A stretch of 64,000 nucleotides of DNA from Haliotis rufescens (GCF_023055435.1 NW_025964112.1:42718001-42782000); one strand, 5' to 3'. Counted from the first letter of the stretch, positions 14,091-26,055 are shown. The notes: generated by a model from the sequence alone, not told the origin. Translations and numbers: made by a program.

Positions 14091-14260
14091 TCCGCTGTAG
14101 AAACAATGATCCTACAGAGTTTTCTAGCAAGGCATATTTTCCACCATTCATAATAATTCGATAAAACTGATGTGTATTATTGTATCCTGCATGCCTAATC
14201 GTTTTCAAATTCAGTTTATTGCAGGTTTGGAAACTTAGACTCTGAAACTTTCTTTTTCAG

Positions 14261-14425
14261 TATTGCAGATTTACTGATTTGTTGCCTCGTTATACCGATG
14301 TTAATCTCAGCGCGCGCTAAACGGACTTGGTTGTTGGGTGACGCAATGTGTATAATACAAGGTTTCATCAACTTCCTTTGTCTCTATGCCTCCCTGTTCT
14401 TCCTAGCCGCCATCGCTACAAACAG
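14261..14425 (+). CDS. GPCR exon 2 (TM2-TM3)
   Basis: TTTTTCAG acceptor; (G)IADLLICCLVIP..WLLGDAMCIIQG..AAIATN(R); phase 2-2; missed by the ORF track. Confidence 0.92.
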
Positions 14426-14435
14426 GTAAATAATC

Positions 14436-14698
14436 ATTTGTTTGTTAGTTTGTTGTTTAACGCTGCAGTGAGCAATATTGCAGCTATATGACTGCAGTCT
14501 GTAAATAATCGAGTCACACAACCAGACAATCTATTGATTGATATCATGAGCTCCGATCCACGCAATTGGGATGCTATGATATGTATCTCAACCAAGTCCG
14601 CGAAAATGACCACACGCTCCATTTTAGGACAAATGTAGTCGCCTTTTACGACAAACATGGGTTGCTGAAGACCTATTCTAAACCGGATCTTCACGGGT
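14436..14698 (-). mobile_element. SINE family D, full length
   Basis: Begins ACCCGTGAAGATCC on the minus strand; shared tail. Confidence 0.85.
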
Positions 14699-14899
14699 AG
14701 AGGTTAATATATTCACAAATGCCACATGTGTATATCCTGTGGCAGGAAACGGTCACCTTTTCGCGAACACCTGGTATCATGCTTATGATATAGTGTGCAT
14801 CGTACAAAACAGATGCTACTTACAAAGAGATGAAAAATAGTTTATAGAGGCAATCAATTAGTATGTTGGTATTATATAAACTCTTAAATTATTCTGGAC

Positions 14900-15770
14900 T
14901 CGCACAGTTACTACTCTTTCACAACAAGCTGAAAAGAATGCCAACAAATTTACAATATACACTATTTATGTGGTAGTTTGTCTTTAGTATGCGCAGCAAC
15001 AATATTTGACAGCATGGTTTTGCCAGTGTTAGCATATGGTGCCGAGATTTGGGGATATCAAAACTAAGATGCAATATTCAAATTCAGGTAGTGACAGTGC
15101 TGTACACGGATAATGTGGAAGACAAAAACTTGACACATATCATGCCATTAGAGTTATAAAATATTGAATAAAACTCATCTCTATGAATCCTAAGCAAACA
15201 TAGTTGATTCTCTAGAGCTTGGATGAATTGGGTAGATCTCATTGGGTAACATTTGTCAGAGCTTCTTTTTATTTGAACATAGTTTTGGTTATGCATGGAT
15301 TATTCAATATTTCTTTATTTAATATTTTTAGACAGGTTAAGCAACGTATTAACGACTAAACTGGCACGATAGTTTAATACAAATCTCGAAACTAACAGCG
15401 TATTGTACACTTGAATCTGTATTAAGAATATACAATTATCTTACTTGTGTTGAAAATAATACGTTTCGCATGGCACTTTTAAAATGTCGATGCATCAACC
15501 ACAATCTCGAAATAGATAAAGGGAGAAGAACTGGGATAGATGTTGAGAAGAGAATAAGTATTTATTGTGAACGTTATGGTTTTGACTACATCGAAAATGA
15601 ATACCACTTCTTCTCGTGTGCACTGCCTCCTCAGAACGTAGACGCAGTTATTTACCTCCGATTTATCACAACAATCCCTATCCAGAGAAGTTCGTTTCTT
15701 GAATATCTGGTACAAATTCTCAATGTTTTTCAGAACTATCAAAATATATCTATTTTCTTTTAAACTTAGA
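14900..15770 (+). mobile_element. CR1/L2-group LINE 3' fragment
   Basis: FDSMVLPVLAYGAEIWGY; RCINHNLEIDKGR..RI..YC..IENEYHF zinc-knuckle-type C-terminus. Confidence 0.75.
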
Positions 15771-16425
15771 ACATCAATAATTTTTTAGATACTAGTATAC
15801 ATGAACTTTACCTTGCTCAAATTATACTCATATTGTGCATTTCATAGTTTTGTACTATGGGCCTGAGGTTTTTATACCCTGGATGATACGACCATGCAAA
15901 TGCTACAATGTTCCTAGCACGGTCCTTCTCTCTTATGTGAAAATATGCTTGGACTAAAAAATGTTGAAATATGATTTGTCATTAACAGATAGTATTATTT
16001 TCAGACTTGAACATTCTATCAATGATCAACATTCTTTATTTTCTTGCCAAAACGTGATTTCATTGTCCAATTATGAAGTGAGGATAAAAGCCATATTTGG
16101 TCCACCAGAAATAATGAATTGTTAAGTTGCGGAAATCTTTGAAAGAAAATTAACAGACATGTTCAATTGGCTGACATGAAGCATTTTGTCTTCCTTAGAC
16201 CTGCAAATCTTTGGATTTTTGAATCAACAGTAAAGCAAACAAATTAAAATCTTACATGACATTTTTTTTAAAATACAGACGTCTGCAAAGTAAATTCTCT
16301 CTAAACCTGGTTATATATCTATCGGGGTCACAGAAAACTAATAACATGTTGTTTTCATTGCCACTTGTGAGACTCGATATCAAAATTAGGCCTCAATATT
16401 TGGTTGATATCTGTTTTTGTTTCAG

Positions 16426-16681
16426 ATTTGCTAAAACTTGGTCGATGAAGTACACTCAACTGATATACACGAGGAGAAATACCGGGATAATGTTCCTGAC
16501 CCTGTGGCTCATGTCCGTCACCGCTGCGGCACTTCCTGTGTTAGGTTGGGGCCGCTACGCCTTTGACAACATCCGGGATAACTGCATCTTTGACCGCAGG
16601 GCGGCGCCATCCTATTCTTTCTTTTTGGCGTCGGTTGGGATACTGCTGCCTTTAACAATATGTGCCGTGTCTTACATTCTG
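16426..16681 (+). CDS. GPCR exon 3 (ICL2, TM4, ECL2, TM5)
   Basis: Completes the NRF motif; TLWLMS, LPVLGWGRYAFD..NCIFD, ILLPL..SY; phase 2-0; donor GTAAGC. Confidence 0.93.
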
Positions 16682-16863
16682 GTAAGCTTTATTGTACCCT
16701 GAATGTATTGTTTGTTTACTACAGGGGGCCTTGGGTCGTGCAGACATGTTTGCGATGTTTCGAGACCTGACATCGGTACAATGTGTGAAGCCCATTACCG
16801 GTTAACTGCTATAATGAGACATGAAAGCGGTGTAAAGAACACTCCGACCCTTCCTTACCCAGA

Positions 16864-16974
16864 GAGCGACCGCCTCCGTGGCTTAGTGGTAGAGCGTCTG
16901 CCCTGAGAGCGGAAGGACGGGGGTTCGATCCCTGGCCGCGTCATACCAAAATACGTTAAACTTCATTCACCTCA
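16864..16974 (+). mobile_element. SINE family C, internally deleted mini-copy
   Basis: tRNA head fused directly to the tail; TSD CCTTACCCAGA. Confidence 0.8.
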
Positions 16975-17571
16975 CCTTACCCAGATACGATAATTTGAAT
17001 TTGAATTTCTTGCTAACAGAGGCATACATTATGTTTGAAAAGATGACCAACAGTACTATTGTGGAACGTGCTTGGGACACATTTTCACTAACCACTGCAA
17101 CATATATACTTCTAAACGTTTGATTCTGATGATCAGATATGTCAAATATACACTTGACATATTATGATAATCATTTTTGTATGTCATGGAAAGATACAAA
17201 TATACCTTTCAAAAGTGGATGAGTATATATTGCATTTATACAACATTATAGTTCAGGATGTTGTAATATTTGCCCTGTGGTTGCCAATATTTTTTATTAT
17301 GGTCAAACCTTTTTTTTACATTTACAGAAGAAAGGTATTTCCATTTACATAATTAATGAACAGGGATTGTGGTGTCGTTTACAAAGTCACAGTTGACTAT
17401 CCATCTCTTTCTGGGACGCCATGGTTGAGGCAAATGCGTTTCTGGATCCTGAAAAAAATGCCCTTCAATGTGATATTGCTAAAATTTGATTAAAACGGCG
17501 TGAAACCATGCTCACAAACACACGATGCACTTCAGGTGAATATTATAACACACATTCTGATTTTTTCACAG

Positions 17572-17745
17572 GTTCTGATCACTTTCTTCAAGAGTAGGTC
17601 ACGTGTCGGAGATCGTGGTACCATCAACGGTTCGGGTGCAACTAGTCGTAGTGAGATGAGGCTAACGAGGAACTTATTCCTGGTGTGGCTAGTCTTCTTT
17701 GTCTGCTGGACCCCCATGATCTCCTTGCTCTTCATCGATCCCCAG
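17572..17745 (+). CDS. GPCR exon 4 (ICL3, TM6)
   Basis: EMRLTRNLFLVWLVFFVCWTP; phase 0-0. Confidence 0.92.
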
Positions 17746-18064
17746 GTGATCTTACATTCCTCGATACACAGAAGGACTTGGCTGGCCCAGTAGTCACAAT
17801 GTAGTCTGCGGTTTTGCTCCTACGGGCCAGGAGCTTATGATCGTGGGTTCGAATCCCAAGTTTTGCCAAAATAATTGAATATCAAACCGTGCGTATACTA
17901 AGGTCAGCTGATATGTGGATCTGCAAATGCTGTATTCTGTTTATTCCATCTTGATGGTGGACTGTGCAGAGAGGTGGCGTCAGTCGTATGCACTGACCAT
18001 AACGATGTCCGATGCATTTCGTTATTTTGACTTGTACCATATACCATATGTTCCTGCGTCTGAA

Positions 18065-18230
18065 GGGGCGGTCGGGTAGCCTAGTGGTTAAAGCGTTCGC
18101 TCGTCACGCCGAAGACCCGGGTTCGATTCCCGACATGGGTACAATGTGTGAAGCCCATTTCTGGTGACCCCCGTCGTGATATTGCTGGAATATTGCTAAA
18201 AGCTGCGTAAAACCATACTCACTCACTCAC
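18065..18230 (+). mobile_element. SINE family A (tRNA-Asp-like head)
   Basis: A and B boxes, GTC anticodon-like loop, (ACTC)n tail; perfect 13-bp TSD TCCTGCGTCTGAA. Confidence 0.92.
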
Positions 18231-18628
18231 TCCTGCGTCTGAACACTTGTCTGTATATATATTTGTGACGAAACCCATCACAACAAAGTTATATCGCCAT
18301 TTTAGGTTTGGGATTTTATATCGGGATGACGTATCTTTTCAGCTACACCCCAAACCAGATATTTTTTAAATTATATCTATGAGCCTAAATAGTTCTTTAA
18401 AAAACCAACACTTTTATCTGCCAGCCATTTTTCTTCAACTGGCTGAAGCATAATTATATTTTAAAGATTTTTCTGCGACAATTTATTTGTTTCGATAAAA
18501 TCCCAACCGCAATACCCCCCACTGCCCCGCCTCCGGATAAAGAATTGCCGTCCCTCAGTTTTTCTATTATAGTTTTCATCCATTTGTCACATAAGACTAT
18601 ATCCTGTGATTGATTTATTGTATTTCAG

Positions 18629-18734
18629 GGTCTCTCGGGACGGACGGCGTACGTCGTCGCTGTATGGTTCATGCTATGCAACAGCTGCATCAACCCAATA
18701 ATATACGGCCTCACAAATAAGAAGTTTAGGAGAG
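18629..18734 (+). CDS. GPCR exon 5 (TM7, helix 8)
   Basis: NSCINPIIYGLTNKKFRR; phase 0-1. Confidence 0.92.
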
Positions 18735-19448
18735 GTAGATATTCCATTCTAAGTTTGATGTGGGCTGATAGTTACACTTTGAAACGAATTTGGAGAAAAT
18801 GGAAAATTTGACGGCCCATGGCATAAACTGAAAATAGCATGTGAGCCAATTTATTTGTAACGTTAAAATAAATTGAATATGCGTGATATACTTATAGTTA
18901 CACCATTGTTTTGGTGCAAAAATCAATAATTTAGTTTTGAGCAATGGAAAATTCTGTCCCTTGAGCAACATGGCTTAATTTGTTTTTACTCAAACATTTT
19001 TGCACACACACACACACACGCAGACACACACACGCACGAACGCACGCACACACAGACACACACACACTAGTTTCAAGGAGTTTTTATTTACGTATGTCAT
19101 TACAGGGTGTAACCTTTTAATAATTCCCGTTATATATCACAACAATACGCCGCCGAAACGATAACCCATGCAGTAGTGACGAGGATCAGCGTTCTGATTG
19201 GTTCAGATGTTAAATCGAGCGGCATAGGGCTCCAATGGGCGCACTCAACAGACAATTTGATTAAAAAGTCAATCTTAAACAGTCAGTGTGTATGTTTGAG
19301 AAAAAATGCACATTATCAACAATATTCATATCATATACTTTCGCTGAAATTGAAACGGTCATAAAATATCCCCTATCTGCTGTTAAATGTCCGAATGTTC
19401 TTATTGTTCACAAACTGTAATACTACCTCAAATGACGACATGTTTCAG

Positions 19449-19627
19449 GGTATCAAACCGTGGTTCGGGGATGTGTTAACCGTAGAATTAGAACGAGTCG
19501 TATTCAACCCTCTCCGACTGACGTAAGGAGGATTTCGAGGCTGAAACAGAGGCCTGGAGTAGGCGAACGAGGCAGATTCAACCCGAATCTTCTACAAGTC
19601 AGGCCATTGTCACCTCGTCGGTACTAG
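19449..19627 (+). CDS. GPCR exon 6 (C-tail and stop)
   Basis: TGTTTCAG acceptor, phase 1; (G)YQTVVRGC...PRRY, TAG at 19625; total CDS 1071 nt. Confidence 0.8.
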
Positions 19628-20653
19628 GAAGAGTTGTCTACCCTTGACCGCTGTTTGTAATTTGATGTGATGCTTAACAGGAACTTGCGTTTGCGATCTG
19701 AAGACAAGTAAATATGTTTTCTTATTGGACAGGATGATAACGGACTGTTCGCGGTTTCATATCTGACAGACTAAGCGAAACCGTACAAGAATCGTAGATA
19801 CATGGTATCATCCTATATTTGGCAATAATATACATCCACAAAGTCATGGATAGGTGTTTCTTTCAGAAATGTCACAATGCACAATATTTATTTTACCTGA
19901 AAGTGAGATTGACCAATCAGAGAACAGAACTACTAACCCCACATGAGCCCGTATACCGCCAGCAAAAATCCATGATGGTTGTTACTGACCTAATATGCGG
20001 CCGTATGCCGTCAGTAACAGCCATTTTGGATTTTCAAACACTCACCTCACATTCGTTGAACGACGCTGTTTTGTGTATTAATATTATTAATTGTTATGTG
20101 CAAAGGCATTACTTTTTGAAGAAACCACGTTCACGACTTTATTAATAAAAAAATCTCACAACAGAGGTTAGTGATTTACAAATAGCAACGTGATAGAGCA
20201 TAATATAGGATAATGTCACGAACAAGAAACGTGACGCCAATGACGTCACCTAGAATTCGATGAGGAAAAATGGGCTGCTATCAAGTTACAGTGGCTCGCA
20301 GATTTCTGATAAACTGGGAGCATTTCTGTGATAATTCTATCCAATTGAGCTATTAAACTTGTTTAAACGTTCACATTTGGTGTATTGTAGCTTCCAATGT
20401 TACCGTATGTGTTTACATTAAAACGTTGTGTCGGAAACATATGTACTGGTCCTGTTATTTATATCGGTTGTAAGTGTAAGTTTTCATTTTGACATGACAT
20501 GGGCGATAACGATTCTAGATAGTGTAAACATTCGGGATAATAAATTCATTATAATGTCTTTTGTTGCCGTATACGGTGTCATACTACGTAAGCACGCCTC
20601 GCCCAATATTTTTCTGCTAACCTAATATGACACCGTATACGGCAACTTAATAG

Positions 20654-20820
20654 AGTGAGTGAGTGATTATGTTTTTACGCCGCTTTTAGCAATATTCCAG
20701 CAATATCACGGCGGGGGACACCAGAAATAGGCTTCACACATTGTACCCATGTCGGGAATCGAACCCGGGTCTTCGGCGTGACGAGCGAACGCTTTAACCT
20801 CTAGGCTACCCGACCGCCCC
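20654..20820 (-). mobile_element. SINE family A
   Basis: Near-identical to the 18065 copy; TSD CAACT(T/A)AATAGAG. Confidence 0.92.
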
Positions 20821-22152
20821 CAACTAAATAGAGGATATTTCATGTGTCGAGAAAAATATCATGTTCCTCTCAAAGGAGATATAGGCAAGAGTGGCATAGG
20901 CAAGAGTGGCATAGGCACGAGTGAAAATGTCTCTTTTTTCCCCGTCACGAGAAGAGAGAAACATGATATCTCATGAGACAGATGGAATTTTCGATTTATT
21001 ATATACATTGTGTGTAGTCGACAACAGGAAAATTAAATTATTTAACTACTTAATGTAAAACCTGGAAACCTGGAAACCTGGAAACCTGGAAATTCTTTCT
21101 ACCTAACACACAGGGACGGTTCACAACCCCTCGTATTTGCGACTTAAAAAGTAGTTTTGTGTTTGCCAGAATTTAAAACAAAACAAAAATATTTAGGGTC
21201 ACGAAAATTCTTTATCATACATATGATATATATATATATATATATTTGATTATATACAAAATCTCCTTTAACAAAAAATATTCTTGAAAACTGCAAGACC
21301 GCTGTTGAAAGCGAAAGAATACACGCTGGTCAAGTCAAAAATGGCGCTTTGCGAAACGAAGTCTCAATTGAGGAGTTAAATAACAAATTTACAGTTTATA
21401 ACGAACATTTTCGAGGGAAAACAAACGACAAGAAGCGATATTGACTCCATAAATGACCAACTGTTATTATTTTGCCTTGTCAATATGGAACAAACGTAAA
21501 AAGGACGTCAACAGTTTGTGTACGGGCAAGACACTTACGATAAAGGGAGATAATTTGAGGGAGGTAACTCTTGTATAATAATAGTTCCGTCAAAGTGTTT
21601 TGTTCACAGCAATGAAAACATCTCTTTTCTCAACTTCAGAAAACTAAGTCTTTCACAATGAAATATATAATATAGACAACATAACTAATAATATCACGGC
21701 TCGCGCACCAGTGTATTGTTTCCGTCAAGCGCACGGCATTGTTGACGTCATTCGAATCTTATTGTAACGTGAGTCAGTGAGTCAGTGCTAATGACTGAGT
21801 GGGTCTTTGTGCATCGGTGAGTCGGTACGTGTGTCTATTTCAGGTGTGGACTAGTATTCTATTGGACATCTGTGTCATCAACCGTTGTTCTAAACAAAAC
21901 GCCAAATTTCATAACAATCCGTTTACACCATGCCTGCGAGTCAGCGAAATCTATCTTACTCAGCAGTCATCAGTATTGCAGCCGTCCACAGCAATAATTG
22001 AACAGCAATCAACCCATACTGATACGGAATCGTACTAACGACACCTTGTAAATAAAACTCTTTCATTTTTCATAAGATATATCTGCCATATGCAGAGTGA
22101 ATTGTACGATTCCGATCATGAGCATGTGTTTATGATTCACTATCAAATAGTG

Positions 22153-22509
22153 TGAGGTGTGAGGTGAAATGGGGTTGAATGTCGCGTCCAAGATTATTGC
22201 ACTTATATAGCGACGTGCATGTACGTGTGTGTGTTTGTGTGGCTGCTTGTACTAGTCCGGACTGATGCCGATTTATAGTGCTAGCTCACTGAGATACCAT
22301 GCCACAGTTTAACATGAATATCCCACTCAGACACAGTATACTGACTCCGAGCCGACCAGTCCTTGTTTTAGCCCCTTAAAGCCGAGCGCCAGTCAGGGTA
22401 ACAACAAGTACCATCTTGTAACGTCTTTTGGTATGACGCGGCCGGGGATCGAACCCCGGACCTTCCGCTCTCCGGGCGGACGCTCTACCACTAGACCACG
22501 GAGGCGGTC
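22153..22509 (-). mobile_element. SINE family C (Meta-domain-like), nested in a Naiad-type 3' motif
   Basis: tRNA head, AAGGACTGGTCGGCTCGGAGTCAGTATACTGTGTCTGAGTGGG core; flanks CTATCAAA..TAGTG. Confidence 0.88.
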
Positions 22510-22859
22510 CTATCAAAAAAATAGTGATGATACCAGGTGTTCACACACCTCATGTTGATAACACTGCAGTGTAGGCGAAAGTGGGCGTCCCCTAAAACCC
22601 TATCCCAGTGTTTGCCACCTCACAACATGCTCAGCCTGTTTCGGACACTGTAACCGCGACTAGACTACTCTATACGAAACATATACATCTTAATCTTTCA
22701 AACCCTGAACTCGACCATAAAAAGTAAACGCGAGAGAATAATCAGACTCGATTATCCACCGAAACAGATACCATTGGGCATAAAAGGCAAAATATTGAGG
22801 AAGATTATATGAATGGATCACTGAAAATCAGTCCTACGGGTATCACCCTCCACTCACAC

Positions 22860-23166
22860 GGGGTCACGGCTGGCCCAGTCGTCTGAGGCGCCGCGGTTCG
22901 CTGTGGAGAGTTACATGTACATGTACGTCCCTTGGACACGCCCGCAACCTATGATTGTGGCTTCGAATCCCGGTTCGCCCCTATTATGTTTCTGGGTTTG
23001 TCAACACCATACCCGTGCTCGTGGGTTTCACCGAAGTGGTAAACGTCTGAGACCTGCATCATTTCGGGCTTTCCTCCCACATTAAGCTGACACGCCGTGA
23101 TATAACCGGAATACTGTTAAAGGCGGCGTTAAACCCAACTGACTTACTCACTCACTCACTCACTCA
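22860..23166 (+). mobile_element. SINE family B
   Basis: Full length; TSD CTCCACTCACAC. Confidence 0.9.
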
Positions 23167-23582
23167 CTCCACTCACACAAATTTCACAAAAGTAAGTGTG
23201 TGTTGCCTGACACCGCACGACACACAGGAGCTTTCAGCAACCATCAACCGTTACAGGGACAGTCATGCGTGCTGAGAATAGGGGAATAACTGTGAACGCG
23301 TTGTGCTGAGTTCACCTCAATCAAGGGCCAGTATCCTGGTCAGCATTGAGGGATACACTAGTTTCATCGTTCACGTTACTCTCACAATCACGGAACACGG
23401 GATGGAGGCAGTCGCAGCCCTTAAATAAATGTTCTTAAATGTGTACATATTAACCATAACAAATGCTTTCCCCCAAAATAGGGTTTTATCTATTTCTGTC
23501 ATAGGTATTATGTAGGTAACGGAATAATCCGATAGGACCCGATTGTGACAGAAAAACATCATGTAAACTTTCGTGTCACTCC

Positions 23583-23896
23583 GGACCGCCTCCGTGGTCT
23601 AGTGAAAGAGCGTCTGCCCGGAGAGCGGAAGGTCGTAGGTTCGATTCCCTGTCGCGTCATACCAAAAGACGATAAAAGATGGTACCCTGCCTGGCGCTCG
23701 ACATTAAGGAGCTGAAACAAGGCCAGGTCGGCCCGGAGTCAGTGTACTGTGTCTGAGTGAGGTATCCATGTTAAACTGCGGTATGATATCTCAGCGGGCT
23801 AGTACTATACAAGTCCGGACTAGTACCAGTAGACACACACACATACACACGTCGCTATACAAGTGCAATAATCTTGGCTACGACGTTAAACTCACC
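23583..23896 (+). mobile_element. SINE family C
   Basis: TSD TCGTGTCACTCCGG. Confidence 0.9.
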
Positions 23897-24638
23897 TCGT
23901 GTCACTCCGGTGAAAGTCCCAGTACCGGGAAAATAATTAATGAGATATTAAATTAAATATATGTAGGAAGATAAATTAGACTCTGATAAGACTATAAACC
24001 TAAATCCTACTGTAGAAAATGCCATTTCATGCGTACTAGAAATATAACATCAGAATTGTTTTTGTCAAAACATTATTAAATTTGGTCACAGATATCACAA
24101 CACTCAAAGGGGTTATGCTCAGCTTTAAATACAAAATTGAAACCATATGAGCCACATAACGACCATAAATTTCCACACCGATAAATATTTGAGACGACGT
24201 AAAAAATGCAGGTTTGTCATGACTACGAACTGTTTACACTGTATCCATATCCTGTTTTCTAACCTCAGGTACAGATATCCCACAGCATGCCACATGAAAA
24301 AAAGTTAAATCTAATTCAACTCTCACTAGACCTGTTGAATTGTACCTTGCAACATAAATTGATAAATTGTATGTACATGTATGTAAATAACGTTTGGGAA
24401 TATTACTACCATGCTGGTTCAACGAATCTTGTTCTTCTGGTTTAGCTGGGCGTAGGAGAATAGCAACGTCTCCAGGCAAGAGACACAAACACGGGAAACA
24501 CATCGAGTCTGAAGGCAAACATTCCATGGACAACTCTCTAGCAAGAGATGATGGGGAAAAGTTGTAGATACCTATATGAATAGATACGCAGGTATGTCTG
24601 TAGCAGTTGGACGAATGTAGCCGAAAGGAGAGGACATA

Positions 24639-24684
24639 ATGTTACGATTCTATATTTTATGCGTTTGTATTGGAGTCGGACTTG
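24639..24684 (+). CDS. Ly6/uPAR three-finger gene 1, exon 1 (signal peptide)
   Basis: MLRFYILCVCIGVGL with phase-1 donor G|GTAAGT; joins to give GFQCYTC. Confidence 0.75.
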
Positions 24685-24936
24685 GTAAGTAATTAAATCG
24701 GTCGAATATTTAAAAAAAATAATCATTATTATATTTCTTTTTCACACCAAAGAAATTTGAGATCATTAAATGGCATTTTTTTTATATTATTCAGCAATAT
24801 ATACGTAGAGATATTTCAAAGCCAATGTGTAGGAATTATTTATTTTGTGGTGTGTGGTCAATTTGATTTTTAAGTTATCTTGTGACATGAAAATATAACA
24901 TATTATGTTGTTTGTTGTTTCAATGACAAAGACCGG

Positions 24937-24987
<51 letters not shown>
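24937..24987. repeat. (AAT)n microsatellite
   Basis: Seen directly; abuts the Penelope-like fragment. Confidence 0.95.
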
Positions 24988-24988
<1 letters not shown>

Positions 24989-25004
24989 TTAACAATATTA
25001 TCTA

Positions 25005-25930
25005 ATCTTTAAGATTAGTCTTAGAAAATAATACCTTCTGTTTCAACGGAAAATTCTATCATCAAAGAAAGGGAAGGGCCATGGGCACGAAAGTCGCTCC
25101 AACATACGCTACACTTGTGATTGGTTATATCGAGGATATTCTTTACAGGAAGGTACAAGATTCCATGTCAGAATCGAATCCATTGCCAAACATGTGCGCC
25201 AAACTTGAAAACGATTCTTAGACGATTGTTTTTTAGTTTGGCTCTCAACTCGTGAACATTTAGACATTTTTCTGGATATTATGAATACGCTCCATCCTTC
25301 CATCAGTTTTACTATGGAGTTTAGCGAGAGCGAAATTCCATTTCTGGACGTCCTTGTAGTTAAGGAAGATACTAAATTGAAAACTGATATCTACTACAAA
25401 CCAACGGACACCCATCAATACTTACAATTCGGTTCATGTCACCCCAGGCATACAAGAACATTCCTTATTCACTTGCGCGGAGAGTATGTACCATCGTGTC
25501 GGAAACGGATAAAAGAGACTTAAGATTGAAAGAATTGATGGGGTATCTCAGGAAGCTAGGATATCCGCTCGTATTTTTCCGTTTTATAAGTTGTATACCA
25601 GTAACAAGCAGCAGAGACTGGAAAAAGAACAAATGTTTATCCAATTGATGAAACCCAAATGTATTAATAGATTTGTCATTTCAATCGTAAATGTTACACA
25701 GTTACTTTACAAATACTGGATATTTTAATTCAAATGTCTCCCTACAATTGTTAAATTACTTGGTGTCGTCGCTGGAGTGTGTAAATACATTATGACGTCA
25801 CAGTTGTAATTTATGACGTCATCATAAGTATGACGTCATATTATATGTCATTGTCAGTTACACTGAAAAGCTGTCATGAGATAGCGAAAGTACTATGTCT
25901 GAAACTGATATAAATAAGATGTTGGAATAA
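25005..25930 (+). mobile_element. Penelope-like element (RT plus C-terminal GIY-YIG type), deleted
   Basis: ENNTFCFNGKFYHQ..AMGTKVAPTYA, RFLDD, LHPSISFT..IPFLDV..YYKPTDTHQYL..SCHP; then the GIY-YIG C-terminal R..KE..FI..KP..N and the 3' pLTR. Confidence 0.9.
25854..25908 (+). ncRNA. Minimal type I hammerhead ribozyme (G8A variant, probably inactive)
   Basis: CAGTT-ACA / CTGAAAA / stem II GCTGTC-ATGA-GATAGC / GAA / palindromic AGTACT / CTA site / TGT..AACTG. Confidence 0.75.
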
Positions 25931-25991
25931 CATGGACTTTATTATTTTATTATATATTACATGTACACCGAGTGAACATCTACCTCATTTT

Positions 25992-25993
<2 letters not shown>

Positions 25994-26055
<62 letters not shown>
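25994..26055. repeat. (TA)n(CA)n microsatellite
   Basis: Seen directly. Confidence 0.95.

Noticed and set aside
18065-18140. tRNA-Asp gene (and other tRNA-like heads)
   Set aside because: The acceptor stem does not pair, and the sequence continues into a SINE body with tail and TSD.
16426-18734. GPCR as an opsin
   Set aside because: No retinal-binding Lys at 7.43 (Leu instead).
19748-19785. Possible hammerhead (CTGACAGA..GAAAC) in the GPCR 3' UTR
   Set aside because: Core spacing is wrong and there is no stem I or stem II.
24446-24592. Exon-like AG..GT segment upstream of Ly6 gene 1
   Set aside because: Stops in all three frames; at most 5' UTR.
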